Below the pieces are notes generated by a model that was not told the origin of the DNA, did not search any database, and was given only the letters and a program-made list of their open reading frames with translations. Positions 27,313-39,248 of a DNA stretch of 64,000 bases are shown here, one piece after another; the stretch's first letter is position 1; each line of letters begins with the position of its first letter. Origin of the DNA: Macrotis lagotis (taxonomy: Eukaryota); the NCBI RefSeq assembly GCF_037893015.1, contig NC_133661.1:187194809-187258808 (forward strand), given 5' to 3'. The translations under genes and the position numbers were made by a program.

Positions 27313-28060
27313 GATAAGTTCTGTTTTATACATATTGAGTTTGAGATGTCCATAGAACATCTAATTTGACATATCCAAGAGGTAACTGATAAGGGAAAAA
27401 TAGAAGTGGGACAAGTACAGACCATTAGTGTATGTGAATTCAATGAATGTCCAGCAAAGGAGGCTGAGAAGGATCTGTCACATTGCAGGAGAACCAGGAA
27501 AGGATATCATGAAAGCCTCAAGAAGAGAGAATATTCAGGAGAAAAGGGTGATCAACAATGTCAAAAACTAAAGAATTCAAGACAGATAAAAGACAGATTC
27601 AAGACAAGAGATGATCATCAAGTTTTTCCAATTAAAAAATCATTGGTAACTTTTGAAGTTGATACAGGAAGAATAAAAGATAACTCCTAGGTTTTAAAGC
27701 TGGGTGACTGGAAGAATGGTGCTGTACTCCATAAAAATTGTGGATGTGGTAGGTTAATGGGGGAAAAAATGAATTCTCTTTTGGACTTGTAGAATTTGAG
27801 ATGCCTAAAGAACATCTCAGGAGGCAACTGATATGGGACTAGAGTTCCAAAAAGTAATTAGGACTGGCTATGTAGATCTAAAAGTTATTTATATAGAGTT
27901 AATAATTCAACCTTTTGAAATTTATGAGTTTACTAAGAATGAACAAATTTTGTAATATATGAGCTTACTAAGTAAGGACAAAAAGGGAAGAGGGTCAGGA
28001 GAGCTTTGGAGGACAACTCCATTGAGGGAGAAGAAAATAGATGATAAGCTATCAAGGGAG

Positions 28061-28196
28061 GGGCAGCTAGATGGCACAGTGGATAAAGCATTGACCCTGG
28101 AGTAATGAGGATCTGAGTTCAAATCTGTCCTCAAACATTTAATAATTGCCTAGCTGTGTGATCTTAATCTCATTGCCTTAAATCAATTAAAAAAAC
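28061..28196 (+). mobile_element. Diverged tRNA-derived SINE.
   Basis: Recognisable head and B box. Degenerate 3' part. Confidence 0.6.
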
Positions 28197-28637
28197 AGTA
28201 TAAAAGATTTAGTTACCAAGGGAGGCTCAGAAAGTATAATCTGATCTGACAAATAAGAGAAGAACCAAAGAGACAAATAACATGAAAGCTGGGAGAGTAG
28301 GGACTATCTAGGAAAAGATGGAGGGGGATTTTGAAATACATCAAAAGTTACTAAGAAGTCAGGTAAGATAAGATCTGAGAAAGTACCATTGTAACAGCTC
28401 AATATATTTTAGATTGCTTTGGCTTGTAATTATGTCAAACTTGTATTGTTCTAGAAAGCAACATAGTTTGGACCAGCACTGTAACAGACAGAACAAATGA
28501 AAATTGCCAGATATGTAGTCTTAAGCACTACAACTTCTGTTTTCCTGTTCTGATTTATACTCACTTGAAGTCACAGCTACCCTGAAGTAGCTGTTTTGGA
28601 GATTATATCACTCAAAGGGCCTAGAGAAAACCATACC

Positions 28638-28912
28638 AGATCAACTGAATGTGATTAAATACTCAGGGTATGAGTGGTCATCAAAAAAAGTTACAAATAT
28701 TTTTGGCATACCTACTGAGTCAACCAAGCTATCATATCTTCCTCCTCCTGGCTTTTCTGGAGGTAATGCTATTGATGAATCACCTTTAGTGTACTCTCCA
28801 GTAAGCACACGGAACTGGAACATAAGCTTACATCCTTGGTAGCCTTTTCCACAATATTGGGAGGACAGAGAAGCATCCACTGCAAAGTAGATCCCTTGGC
28901 CATACATTCCAT
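28638..28912 (-). CDS. PARP14-like: PARP14-like gene, terminal coding exon (catalytic C-terminus plus stop): N-GMYGQGIYFAVDAS...KIFVTFFDDHSYPEYLITFS*.
   Basis: Acceptor ccttatttttatag| at 28913-28914, with 2 nt completing the codon. The PARP signature Y-G-x-G-x-Y-F-A is present. The C-terminus aligns with human PARP14 AYGKGTYFAVNAN...PSLFVAFYDYQAYPEYLITFRK. Stop codon at 28638-28640. Confidence 0.9.
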
Positions 28913-29730
28913 CTATAAAAATAAGGACTTGTTACTAAGTTTTGTATATATAACAATGTAGAAGCTAAAAATCCCTTGGGATAGGATAATTCAGGATATT
29001 GTAGGAGTAATGGCCTAACTCCTACTCCAATGTGATCTAGGATAGTTTTTTCCTTAAAAGGTATTGGGAGGGCTGAGCCTTGAGTGCTCAGCCTACTAAA
29101 GGTAGGGGAGTGGAGAGAGACTTCTGAGGTCTGTCCTCTGTACCTGGAACAGGACTCTGGGGCCCTGACCACATTTGGATCCTGATCACAGTCTAGGCCC
29201 CCCATAGAACAGCCCCCCCCCCCGCCCACCTCAGCCCTGTGACAGAAGGGTGCACTTGTGGTCATTCATAGACCAGGAGGGAAGACAGAGCCTCACACAC
29301 TGAGTTCCTTTGGGGGGGGGGGTGTCCCTATAATCCTCAAAAGCTCAGGAAGCACCCTAAAAACAGGCATGAGCTTGGGAAATGAGTAAACAGAGGAAAA
29401 AAGAGAAACCCCATTGAGAAATACATTGTCTATGATCCAAGAAGAATCAAAATACTCAATCTAAAGAAGAGGAAACACAAGCTTCTGCATCTAAAGACTC
29501 CAAGAAAAACAGAAATTGGGCTCAGGCTATGACAGAGCTCAAAAAAGATTTTTGAAAATCAAGTAAGGGAGTTAGAAGAAAAACTGGGAAAAGAAGTGAG
29601 AGAGATGCAGGAAAAACATGAAAAAGAAGTCAACAGCTTAGTCAAGGAGATCCAAAAAAATGCTGAAGAAAATAACATGTTAACAACCAGCATAGGTCAA
29701 ATGGATAAAACATTTCAAAAAGTTATTAAG

Positions 29731-29888
29731 TGGGGTGACTAGATTGCACAGTGGATAGTGCACCAGCCCTGGAGTCAGGAGTTTCTGAGTTCAAATCTGG
29801 CCTCAGACACTTAATAATTACCTAGCCGTGTGGCCTTGGGCAAGCCACTTAACCCCATTGCCTTGCAAAAAAAAAAACTAAAAAAAAG
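29731..29888 (+). mobile_element. tRNA-derived poly-A SINE nested in HAL1 copy 1 ORF1.
   Basis: TSD aaaaagttatt. Absent at the homologous position of copy 2. Confidence 0.85.
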
Positions 29889-30122
29889 TTATTGAGGAGA
29901 AGAATGCTTTAAAAAGCAGAATTGGCCAGATGGAAAAAGAGATAAGAAAGCTCTCTGAGGAAAACAAATCCTTCAGATCTAGAATGAAGCTAAAGGAAGC
30001 TGTTGACTTTACGAGAAGTCAAGACACAATACTTCAAAACCAAAAGAATGAAAAATTAGAAGAAAATGTGAAACATCTCATTAAAAAAACAACTGATTTG
30101 GAAAACAGATTCAGGAAAGATT

Positions 30123-30290
30123 ATTTATTTATTTATTTGGGTTTTTTAGATTTTTCAAGGCAATGGGGTTAAGTGGCTTGCCCAAGGCTACATGGCTAGG
30201 TAATTATTAAGTGTCTGAAGTTGGATTTGAACCCAGGTACTCCTGACTCCAAGGCCGGTGCTCTATCTACTGTGCCACCTAGCCACCCCC
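30123..30290 (-). mobile_element. tRNA-derived SINE with (TTTA)n tail, nested in HAL1 copy 1 ORF1.
   Basis: TSD caggaaagat. Absent in copy 2. Confidence 0.85.
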
Positions 30291-30463
30291 CAGGAAAGAT
30301 AACCTAAAAATTATTGGGATACCTGAAAGTCATTATCAGGAAAAGAGCCTTGACATCATTTTTAAAGAATTCCTACAGGAAAATTGCCCAGACATCCTAG
30401 AAGCAGAGGGCAAAATAGGAATTGAGAGAATCCACTGATCTCCCCTGGAAAGAGATCCAAAAA

Positions 30464-30636
30464 ATATTATATTATATTATATTATATTATATTATATTAT
30501 ATTATATTATATTATATTATATTATATTATATTATATTATATTATATTATATCATATCATATCATATCATATTATATTATATCATATCATATCATATCAT
30601 ATCATATTATATTATATTATATTATATTATATTATA
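30464..30636. repeat. (ATATT)n microsatellite (~35 units) with an (ATCAT) interruption block.
   Basis: Direct reading. Lies inside HAL1 copy 1 at the ORF1 end. Confidence 0.95.
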
Positions 30637-32291
30637 GGAATATTTTAGCCAGAAATATTATAGCCAAGTTCCAGAACTCCTAAGTCAAAGAGAAAATATT
30701 ACAAGCAACCAGAAGGACACAATTTAAATATCATGGAGCTGCAATTGGGATCACACAGTACTTAGCATCAACTACATTAAGGGCTCATAGGGCTTGGAAT
30801 ATAATATTTCAGAAGACAAAAGAGCTTGGAATACAACTGAGAATCAACTACCCAGCAAAACTGAAGGTCTTTTTCCAGGAAAAAAGATGGACTTTTAATG
30901 AACCAGAAGAATTTCAAATGTTCCTGTTAAAATAGCCAGAGCTGAACAGAAAATGTGATCTTCAAATACAGGACTCAGGTGAAGCATAGAGAGTGGAGGA
31001 GAAGGGTAAAATATGAGAGATTTAATGATGATGAACTGCATGTATTCCTGCATAGAAGAATGATACTGATAATACTCAGAAACTTCTCATTTAATAGAGC
31101 AGGTAGAAGGAGCTTTTATAGATGAAGCACAGGAGAGAGCTGAATTTGAAGATATAATATATTGTAAAAATGGAGTTAATGGCTAAAAGGGAAATGTAAT
31201 GGGAGTAAGAGAAAGGAGAGGTGGAATAAGCTAAGATATTTTATATAATAAGATTTTTTAATTACAATGAACTATTTCAATGATATGAAAGGGGGGAAGG
31301 CAAGGGGGGATGAGGCAACCTTCACTCTCATCAGAGATGGCTCGGAGAGGAAACAGCATATATACTCAATGGGGTATGACATCTAGAGTAAGAAGGAGAG
31401 AAGCGGGACAGGGAGAGGGAGAGGATGTGAGTGATGGAGGAGAGGGTGGACTGTGGGGGAGAGTAGTCAGATATAACACATTTTCCTTTTTACTTCTAGC
31501 AAGGGGCTGGGATTGGATGGCCTGTCTGGGACCACAGGGCCTGGTGGTTGCTGGGCCTTAAGGGTGGTATGTGGATTTGGGGCCTCTTGGCTCCAGGGCC
31601 AGTGATCAGTCTACTGTGCCACTCAGCTACCCTACAGCATATTTAAGAAGAGGGACAGAGTGAAAGGTGAAAGAAAATATAGTGTATGGTAGCGGGGAAG
31701 TACAAATGGAGGGAGTTGTGATCAACAATGGCAACAGTGGAAAAATGTGGAAGTAGCTTTTGTGATGGACTTATCATAAAGAATGTGATCCACCAGCAAC
31801 AGAGCTAGTGGTGTTGGGACACAGACTGAAGTATATTTATTGTTATTATTATTATTATTATTAGTAGTAGTAGTAGTAGTAGTATTAGTATTAGTATTAT
31901 TATTTATTTTGGTTTTTGGGGAACACTGGGGTTGGGGTGACTTGCCCAGGGTCATACAGCTGAGTGATTGTTGGGTATCTGGGGCCGGATTTGAACTCGT
32001 GTGCTCCTGGCTCCAGGGCCGGTGCTCTGTCCACTGTGCCACCTAGCTGCCCCTATTATTATTTTTTTATTTAAATTTTAATTATTTTCTCTTAACTTCA
32101 TTGATCATGAGGGTCTGTCTATATTTTTGGGGGAGGGGGTATTATATTTACTCTTAAATAGGAATATTTTAGTAATGTATAAAAACATCATTTGTACAAA
32201 AATAAAAATAAATAAAAAACAAAAAAAGAGAGAGATAATTTAAGAATAATTGGACCAACTAAAAGTCATGATCAAAAAAAGGTACTGGGAA

Positions 32292-32452
32292 GGGTGGCTA
32301 GGTGGTGCAGTGGATAGAGCACCAGCCCTGGAGTCAGGAGTACCTGAGTTCAAATCTGGCCTCAGACACTTAATAACTACCTAACTGTGTGTCCTTGGGC
32401 CCGTAACCCCATTGCTTTGCAAAAACCTAAAAAAAAACCCAAACAAACATAA
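32292..32452 (+). mobile_element. tRNA-derived poly-A SINE.
   Basis: TSD aaaggtactggga and aaaaggtattggga. Confidence 0.85.
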
Positions 32453-32854
32453 AAGGTATTGGGATCGTTCTCAAGACTTGCTTGGCACAGGGAATTAAGG
32501 ACTCAAACTATTGAAATTACTTTCTGGCTGCTGATAGAGCAAACATGAAGATCTTTTGGAGATCTGATGGTTGGCTGGTGGATGACAATGGGCAACTCAG
32601 GCAAGGGAGACTTGCCTAGCTTAATCAACTAGAGGGATCCTCAAAATCTTTCCTCATTAAATAGCCTTCTTTAGCCATGGCTAAATAAATCTCCTTTGAA
32701 TGACCAACAAGTATTTCATTTAGTTTCATTATCGAACCTAAACTACCAGGGGACAGGTGTGGTCACACCAAACCAGAATGCAGAAAAATAAGCCTGAATT
32801 TCAATCATTTTAGTAGCATTAAACTCTACCCTCTCTCGGTTGTGGCCTACTCAC

Positions 32855-33026
32855 TTTTCCTACAGGTGCTTTTTAGTCCATTTTCAATGATGGATGAGCA
32901 GTTCTGTCTTGGTGTTCCATGAAAGAGGAACTGCTCATTCTGCACTCCTGGAGGATTCTTTTTCTCCATCCAGTTCCTTTTGTATATATAAGAGGTCCAG
33001 AGGTATGGGTTTTGGATCCTTTTTAT
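32855..33026 (-). CDS. PARP14-like: PARP14-like gene, catalytic exon carrying the H-G-T motif: IKRIQNPYLWTSYIYKRNWMEKKNPPGVQNEQFLFHGTPRQNCSSIIENGLKSTCRK.
   Basis: Acceptor cattatttag| (33027-33028). Donor AGGAAAA|GTGAGT (32853-32854). Aligns with human [41 protein letters not shown]. Phase 0 in, +1 out. Confidence 0.85.
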
Positions 33027-33289
33027 CTAAATAATGAAATCAAAGAGAGAGCCTGGTTATCATTCAAATGAAATTAATATATTTTCTAGGAATATTTTGT
33101 TTTCATAACACCCATATTTCCAAATGATATTTAAATGAATGAACAAGTAACTCCCAACTCCATAGCTATTTTTAGAGCTAGGAAGATTTAGACTTCCTCC
33201 TTCAATAGTTAAGTCCTTTGAACCTTGTGAAATTAGAGATAGAGAATAGGAGGTTAGATTTCTAATTTTTGATTATTTCACACATCAAT

Positions 33290-33440
33290 CTGATGTGGTG
33301 GAAACAGCTGGCATGGAATTAGGAGGCAAAAGACCTAGATTCAAGATCTGTTTCTATCAGTTATGTATTACTGAGCAAGTTGCTTCCTCTTTCAGGACCT
33401 TAGTTTCCCCATTTATAAAATAAAGTATATGAATTAGATG
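33290..33440. repeat. MIR-type SINE.
   Basis: ttagtttccccatttataaaat core. Confidence 0.6.
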
Positions 33441-33685
33441 ATGTCTAAGACCTCTTCCAGTTCCTCAATAAACCCAGTACAGTATAAACTCAAAACCTAC
33501 TTAGGAGAAAGAAAGTAATTGAGAGAAGAGAGATAATAATAATAAATGTAAAAGAGACAATAATGAATGTAGGGATAATTATCTCTATAATATGTCTATA
33601 AGATTATAATAATGTTTTGTTCAGCAGTGTTTTTCTATATGCTGAATTAATGAGCATAAACACCTTTTCATTAAACATAATTCAC

Positions 33686-33822
33686 CTTAAGGATGGTGCT
33701 GTTGTTCATGGAGCACTTGAACTTCTTGGCTACTCTTTCATACTCCATCAGATTTGGTGAGAGTTCCACAGTCTTCACTGGGTCATCATTCATTGGTTCC
33801 CACTGTTGAGGGATACTCATCT
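33686..33822 (-). CDS. PARP14-like: PARP14-like gene, first PARP catalytic-domain exon (137 nt): E-MSIPQQWEPMNDDPVKTVELSPNLMEYERVAKKFKCSMNNSTILK.
   Basis: Acceptor ctttttgtaatag| at 33823-33825. Donor ATCCTTAAG|GTGAAT at 33684-33685. Aligns with human PARP14 [44 protein letters not shown]. The phase links to the WWE exon (+1) and to the next exon (phase 0). Confidence 0.8.
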
Positions 33823-35633
33823 CTATTACAAAAAGTTGGAAGTATCTTTAGAATCTTAAATGAAATCTGTGAGCTTTTCTATTTCTTTTATTAGGAAACT
33901 TTATTTTTTTCTTTTCTAATACATTTTTGTTCTATTTTGTACTGTAGCTATTTGTATATGTAACAAGTCTAATCTTGGTCATACCCACCAGGAGACAGAG
34001 AGAAAGAGAGAGAGAGTTGGGTAAAGGAGTTAATTATCCAAATTCCCAGTTCTACCTAGTGAAATTAGAGATTGAAATGGGAGATTAGATTTTACTCTGT
34101 CCTTTATTCTAACTTGATTTTTTTTCACACATGAATCTGGTATAGTGGAAACAGCACATTGGCCTGGGAGGCAGACAATGACTGCCATCTTAAGGTTGAA
34201 GGGTTAAGATGAGGAAAAAGGAATCCATTACAAGCATGAAGATACAAAAGTGGTAGCCCTTATCAGACCCCAGAGAGGACCCATTAGGACAAACCACAAG
34301 GAGAAGCTATTTCAAGCAGTCAGGGACTGAATTAGAATGAATGGTGATCCTGCAGGGTGATCCTGTGATGATAAGGAAGAAACCTGAACTTCTGTTCAAG
34401 TATGAACCAGAAAGAATGACTGGTGCATCCTTTTCTTTCTTCTCTTTCCCACTATTCAGGAGGGGTGCCAAATGTATGGTGAGTTATTTACTCATTTTAT
34501 CCTTGCCAGGCTATTTGAAAGACTGGAGAAACAAGAAACAAAGGAAGAGACTCAGGAAACTTTTGTCTTTCTCTCAAATGCTCCCTTTTATTTCTAAACT
34601 GTGAAAACGTGATTATAAGAAATCCCCAGTAAACCAATAAACACTGAAATTGTTTGTTGTATTTAATTTAATATTCAGATAAAGTTCAAACTGAAAAAAA
34701 CACTTCCTTTTACTAGATCTGGTTTAATTGAGCCAAATTGAGACTGGAACTAAGAAGGAAGACAAGAAGAGGGATTGGTATTAGACTTTCACAAACCATT
34801 ACAGATGAGGAACTCAGGCAAAGAGGGTAAAGTGACAAAGCTCAGGGTCATACAACTAGGAAGTATCAGAGGTCAGATTTGAAGTCAGGAAGGAGAGTTT
34901 TCTGACTTCACTCATGGCTCTCTATCCACTGTACCATCTAGCTGCCCAAATCCAAGATCAAACTACTGTAAAATTGTTGCTGTTTATGTTGTTATTATTG
35001 GGGGTATTTTTTTGGCAACAAGACAGAAACAATGTATAGCTGAGAAATAAAAGTTACTATTTCAGAGAATGACTGAAGGCCTTCCTATCATAGTTCAAAA
35101 ACCACTAATATTTGAGAAAAATAGAGAGCATCAGTTGCTCAGGTGCTTTAGACTAGCACAACCAGAGTAACCTAACCACATTATTGGTGTCTAAACTTAA
35201 CTTGTTCACCACTGCCCCTTGGCATATATGGATGGGCATAGGTTACACTTCCCTACTTGAATATTAAGTGTATTTCCCCCAACACCTAGTGCTGTTTTCC
35301 TAAATAAATGATGTGCCTAATAAATATTTGTTGAAATAAATATTGAGAATTTTCTAGAAATGGTCAGCTGCCATTTTGTCCAAGGATATAAGAAGAAAAG
35401 TTTTTATTATTGGAACTACACAGTCCTATATTCAAAAAAGCACACTTGCCTTCAAGATATTTATATGCTTTTCTTTATTCCTTAGATGAGTTTTATTTCC
35501 TTCTGAATTTGGGAAGTAGTCTGTTATCTGGCAAAGGCCCTTTATAGCCCTATAAATAGTAAGCACTTAGTAAATGTTGAATTGAGTGACAATATTAATT
35601 TCTGAACTCTTAATAACTTAAAGATTAGAGTAT

Positions 35634-35778
35634 TCTTTGTTTTTGTGGAGCAATGAGGTTAAGTGACTTGCCCAAGGTCACACAGCTAGTAAGTATCAAG
35701 TGTCTCAGTCCAGAATTAAACTCAGGCTCTCCTGACTTCAGCACCAGTGCTTTATTCACTGCAACACCCAGCTGTCCC
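35634..35778 (-). mobile_element. tRNA-derived SINE (older copy).
   Basis: Family body. Flanks tagagtattcttt and tagaatattcttt. Confidence 0.75.
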
Positions 35779-35980
35779 TAGAATATTCTTTTAAATGATC
35801 CTTTTTTCAATCAATTAACTGATTATTGGGAAAGAGGAAGTAAAAGTCACATTAGACACATTTGTTCAGAGTTCTGATAAAAAAAAAATTAAGTGGGACA
35901 AAAAAGATAAAATTATTAATACCTACCTTCCTGTCTGTTAGGAATTAGCACATTACAAATGTAGAAATCTATGGTATTGG

Positions 35981-36133
35981 GGGCAGCTAGGTGTCTCAGT
36001 GGATAGAGTACCAGCCCTGGAGTCAGGAGTACCTGAGTTCAAATCCAGCCTTAGACACTTAATAATTACCTAACTGTGTGGCCTTGGGCAAGCCACTTAA
36101 CCGCATTGCCTTGCAAAAAACTAAAAAAAAAAA
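35981..36133 (+). mobile_element. tRNA-derived poly-A SINE.
   Basis: TSD aaatctatggtatt. Confidence 0.85.
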
Positions 36134-36600
36134 TCTATGGTATTATCAGTTACAGTTTTGCTTAATGTTTCGGAAAATGTCCTGGGGGTGGTGTTATTTA
36201 GGTGTTTTAGGGAAAGTGTTCAGATACAATGTATTAGCAAAAATAAAATAAAGGGATTAGAAGGATTGGATAAAGTGCCTTTTGGATTTTCAGTGGACTT
36301 TTATTTATGTTTCGGCTAGTATAAGCATTTGGGAAATTGACTTGCTAGAGCACCCCAGAAAAAAAACAGTGCAGGACAAGGTAACAACCACCAACTCAAA
36401 TTTCCAATTTGTGGAGTTCCATAATATTGTCCAGAATCATACTAACAACTATGTCAATGATCACTTCTCTCACTCCTATTTAAGAGGAATTTATTGAGGA
36501 ATTTATGCATCTGGGAAGGAATGAGAGCTTTTAAAAAGGGACACAGTCAAGAAAACCCTGATTAAGTAAGAAATGAAAATTAAAGGCAGGGAGAACTTAC

Positions 36601-37125
36601 CCCATATGCAGATTTCTCTCTTTATTTGAAAGACTATCTGGGTGTCTGGCACCAAACCTTCCCTCTTCTTCAGGTTGACCTGGGCTCTTCTAGAATCTAG
36701 GATAATTTCAACATTTTCCTCTTCCTTCCTATATGCTGTTTCCAGTTTTAGGTTTGTACTTTTGTCAAAAGGCAAAAGAACTGTGCTCCCAATGTTATAC
36801 TGCCATTGAACCACTGATTTCAGGGCTTCAGCTGCTATATCTGAGTTCTGAGCTTGGATGAGAGTTTGGACAACAGTGGCAGCTTTCTTCACATCTTCCT
36901 GAAAGCCCTGGATTTTTAAGAGATTCCCATGATGATGTAGATTGAGAGGGAAATAGTATCCCTGATCCAAGACCTCTCGAAGACAGTCTTCACTGAAAGT
37001 GATTATTTTATCACCGTTCAATGTTTCACTGTAAAATCCATTCATAAAGTCTTCCAAAACTTCCTGAAATTTGGCTAAACTCACCTCCCTACCCAATACT
37101 TGAACTAGTCCTAGTGGAGAGTCAC
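36601..37125 (-). CDS. PARP14-like: PARP14-like gene, WWE-domain exon (525 nt).
   Basis: Acceptor tctctctgttctcag| (37126-37127). Donor ATATGGG|GTAAGT (36599-36600). TFSEDCLREVLDQGYY..LN and VVQWQYNIGSTVLLPFDKSTNLKLETAYRKEEENVEI..RRAQVNL align with human PARP14 YTSEDECIKDFDEKEYQELN and EFIEWQYNDNN..FNKMTNLKLEDARREKKKTVDV..HYTVNL. The phases are consistent (2+3n+1). Confidence 0.85.
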
Positions 37126-37573
37126 CTGAGAACAGAGAGAAGAGATTTATAATAAGTTAAATACCATAAAATCTTGAAAAGAAAATAAAACCTGACCCAT
37201 TCTAACCCCATGTTCCCTATGAAGAGGCTAGAATAATGGGATATATAAGGAAAGGTTAAAAGAATTGAAATTACTTAGTCTGAAAAAGGCTGAATAATTG
37301 CATTCAGTTTTTGAAAGATTAGCTTAGAAAATATATGTCTATAGAAATATATGTACATATACATATATTTCTATAGAAAAAGGCAATAACAATTTTCTAA
37401 TTTAACTGATAGGGAAAATGAATGGTATTTGAACTTTAGCATATTTAATCAATGGTAATAAAAAGATGAGGTTTAATTTAGAGGAAACTATTACTTCCTT
37501 TTTCACCAATTTCACTAACTGAATTAGTGTATAGTCAGTCATCAAAGGAGAGTTAAAAGATTAGATTTTAGAT

Positions 37574-37579
<6 letters not shown>

Positions 37580-37634
<55 letters not shown>
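37580..37634. repeat. (CT)27 microsatellite.
   Basis: Direct reading. Confidence 0.95.
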
Positions 37635-37638
<4 letters not shown>

Positions 37639-38485
37639 TCTTATAATGACTTTCTAGAAGTATCCATGGACATTGCTTAATACTGTTAATAGCAACCTAC
37701 TTGACTTGTACACCCAAGACAAAATGACTTGTGGAAGTACCAGATTTTACTATAGAAAAAAAACCAAATATCAAATGAGTATATGGAGAACTGTGGATGG
37801 ATGACAATGTTCAGTATTATTTTTTTAATTTTAAGATAGACAAGATAGAATTTCCACTTATTACATACAGAAATTTTTATATACAGAACTACTATATGCA
37901 TGAATTTCCATATACTCATGGAACCTTAGGAATAGACTGAGGAGGGAGTAGTTGAACTATATAACATTTAAGATCTTTTACAAATTTGATCTATGGTGAT
38001 AAAAACATGAAGTTTAATTTAGGGGAAACTATTACTTTGAAGCTCTCTTTTCACCAATTTCACTGGCTAAATTAGTGTATCATCAGTCATCAGAGATTTA
38101 ATTAGAGGCAGTTGGTGAAAAAGAAGACATAGTACAGGACTTGGAGTCAGGAAAATCAGAAATCAAATCCAGCTTCAAATATTAACTAGATTATGACCCT
38201 GTGCAACTCAATTAATCTCAGTTTGTTTCAGCTTCCCAGCCTGTAAACTGGGGACAACAGCACTTAGCTGGCACTTTATGGAATGAATCAAATGAAGTAA
38301 TATTTACAAAAGCTCTTAGTCCATTGTCAGAACTACATAAAGGCCTCTTCCCTAACTGATAGTTATATCTGAGGCAACCAATAACAGTGATCCTCCTCCC
38401 TTTCTTCTCCCCTTTCTCCTTCTACATATTGGTCCCCTCTACAGATTCAGAAAAGAAGTGAACCTTTGCTCTGACAATGCTGAGC

Positions 38486-38603
38486 AATCATAGACTGCTG
38501 CTTAGTGGCTCTCCTGCCATTTTGTGAATAACTGAGAAGAGGATACTTCTCTCTGGAGTATGAATATCTCTAAATGGGTTAATGCCCCCAAATTCCCATG
38601 CAT
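38486..38603 (-). CDS. PARP14-like: Candidate macro-domain exon (D-AWEFGGINPFRDIHTPERSILFSVIHKMAGE...). Its 3' boundary is not resolved.
   Basis: Acceptor tttctttcatttccag| at 38604-38605. The frame is phase-compatible with the upstream 61-nt exon. Pattern A.E.GG..F...........I.S.I.K resembles macro-domain AIPAISSGVFGFP...IVSAIKENF. An in-frame stop near 38487 means the donor lies above it and was not located. Confidence 0.35.
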
Positions 38604-38678
38604 CTGGAAATGAAAGAAAAATAATTCAGCTATTTAATAGGGATCCCAGGGAACAGAACAACATCTCTTCCCCCTTAC

Positions 38679-38739
38679 CAAGAGCAAAATGTTCTTTTCT
38701 GTGTCTCCTGAGAAGCTTCATCAGCTCATGGACAAATGT
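38679..38739 (-). CDS. PARP14-like: Candidate small macro-domain exon (61 nt; TFVHELMKLLRRHRKEHFAL).
   Basis: Strong acceptor (ttattctttctttctgttag|) and donor (|GTAAGGGGG) 61 nt apart. One frame is open. The phase (+1) matches the next candidate exon 75 nt downstream. Weak similarity to the macro-domain helix preceding the SIAxPAIxxG motif. Confidence 0.4.
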
Positions 38740-38814
38740 CTAACAGAAAGAAAGAATAAGAAATCTACTAAATATATCAGCAACACAGGACATTCCCCAG
38801 AAGACTGAAAGACA

Positions 38815-38974
38815 TTTTTTTTAGTTTTGGGTTTTTTTTTGGAAGGCAATGGGCTAAGTGGCTTGTCCAAGGCCACACAGCTAGGTAATTATTAAGTATC
38901 TGAGGCCAGATTGAACTCAGGTACTCCTGACTCCAGGGCTGGTGCTCTATCCACTGTGCAATTTAGCTGCCCCT
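38815..38974 (-). mobile_element. tRNA-derived poly-A SINE.
   Basis: Family consensus, reverse orientation. Confidence 0.8.
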
Positions 38975-39068
38975 GAAAAGATATTTCTTTTGACTTCTCT
39001 AAGGGATCCTAAGTTTCAGACACTTATAAACTTCCATTTCATTTTTTTTGTTTGTTTTTGTTTTTGTT

Positions 39069-39248
39069 TTTTTTTTTTCAGGTTTTTGCAAGGCAAATGG
39101 GGTTAAGTGTCTTGCCCAAGGCCACACAGCTAGGTAATTAAGTGTCTGAGACCAGACTTGAACCCAGTTACTCCTGACTCCAAGGCCGGTGCTTTATCCA
39201 CTACTCCACCTAGCTGCCCCCTCACTATGCCACCTAGTCGCCCCCCCT
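39069..39248 (-). mobile_element. tRNA-derived poly-A SINE with a partial duplication of its head end.
   Basis: ccacctagctgccccctcactatgccacctagtcgccccc. Confidence 0.8.

Larger units (their letters stand above)
29060..32230 (+). mobile_element. Half-L1 (HAL1-like) composite element, copy 1. It is 5'-truncated and interrupted by two SINEs and a long (ATATT)n.
   Basis: Collinear with copy 2 (42450-45200) through the 5'UTR, ORF1, tail, (TTA)n, SINE-like module and A-rich end. The ORF1 frame is disrupted. Confidence 0.65.

Noticed and set aside
30464-30636. CRISPR-like regular repeat array
   Set aside because: It is a pentanucleotide microsatellite ((ATATT)n/(ATCAT)n) with no spacers, and the sequence is eukaryotic.
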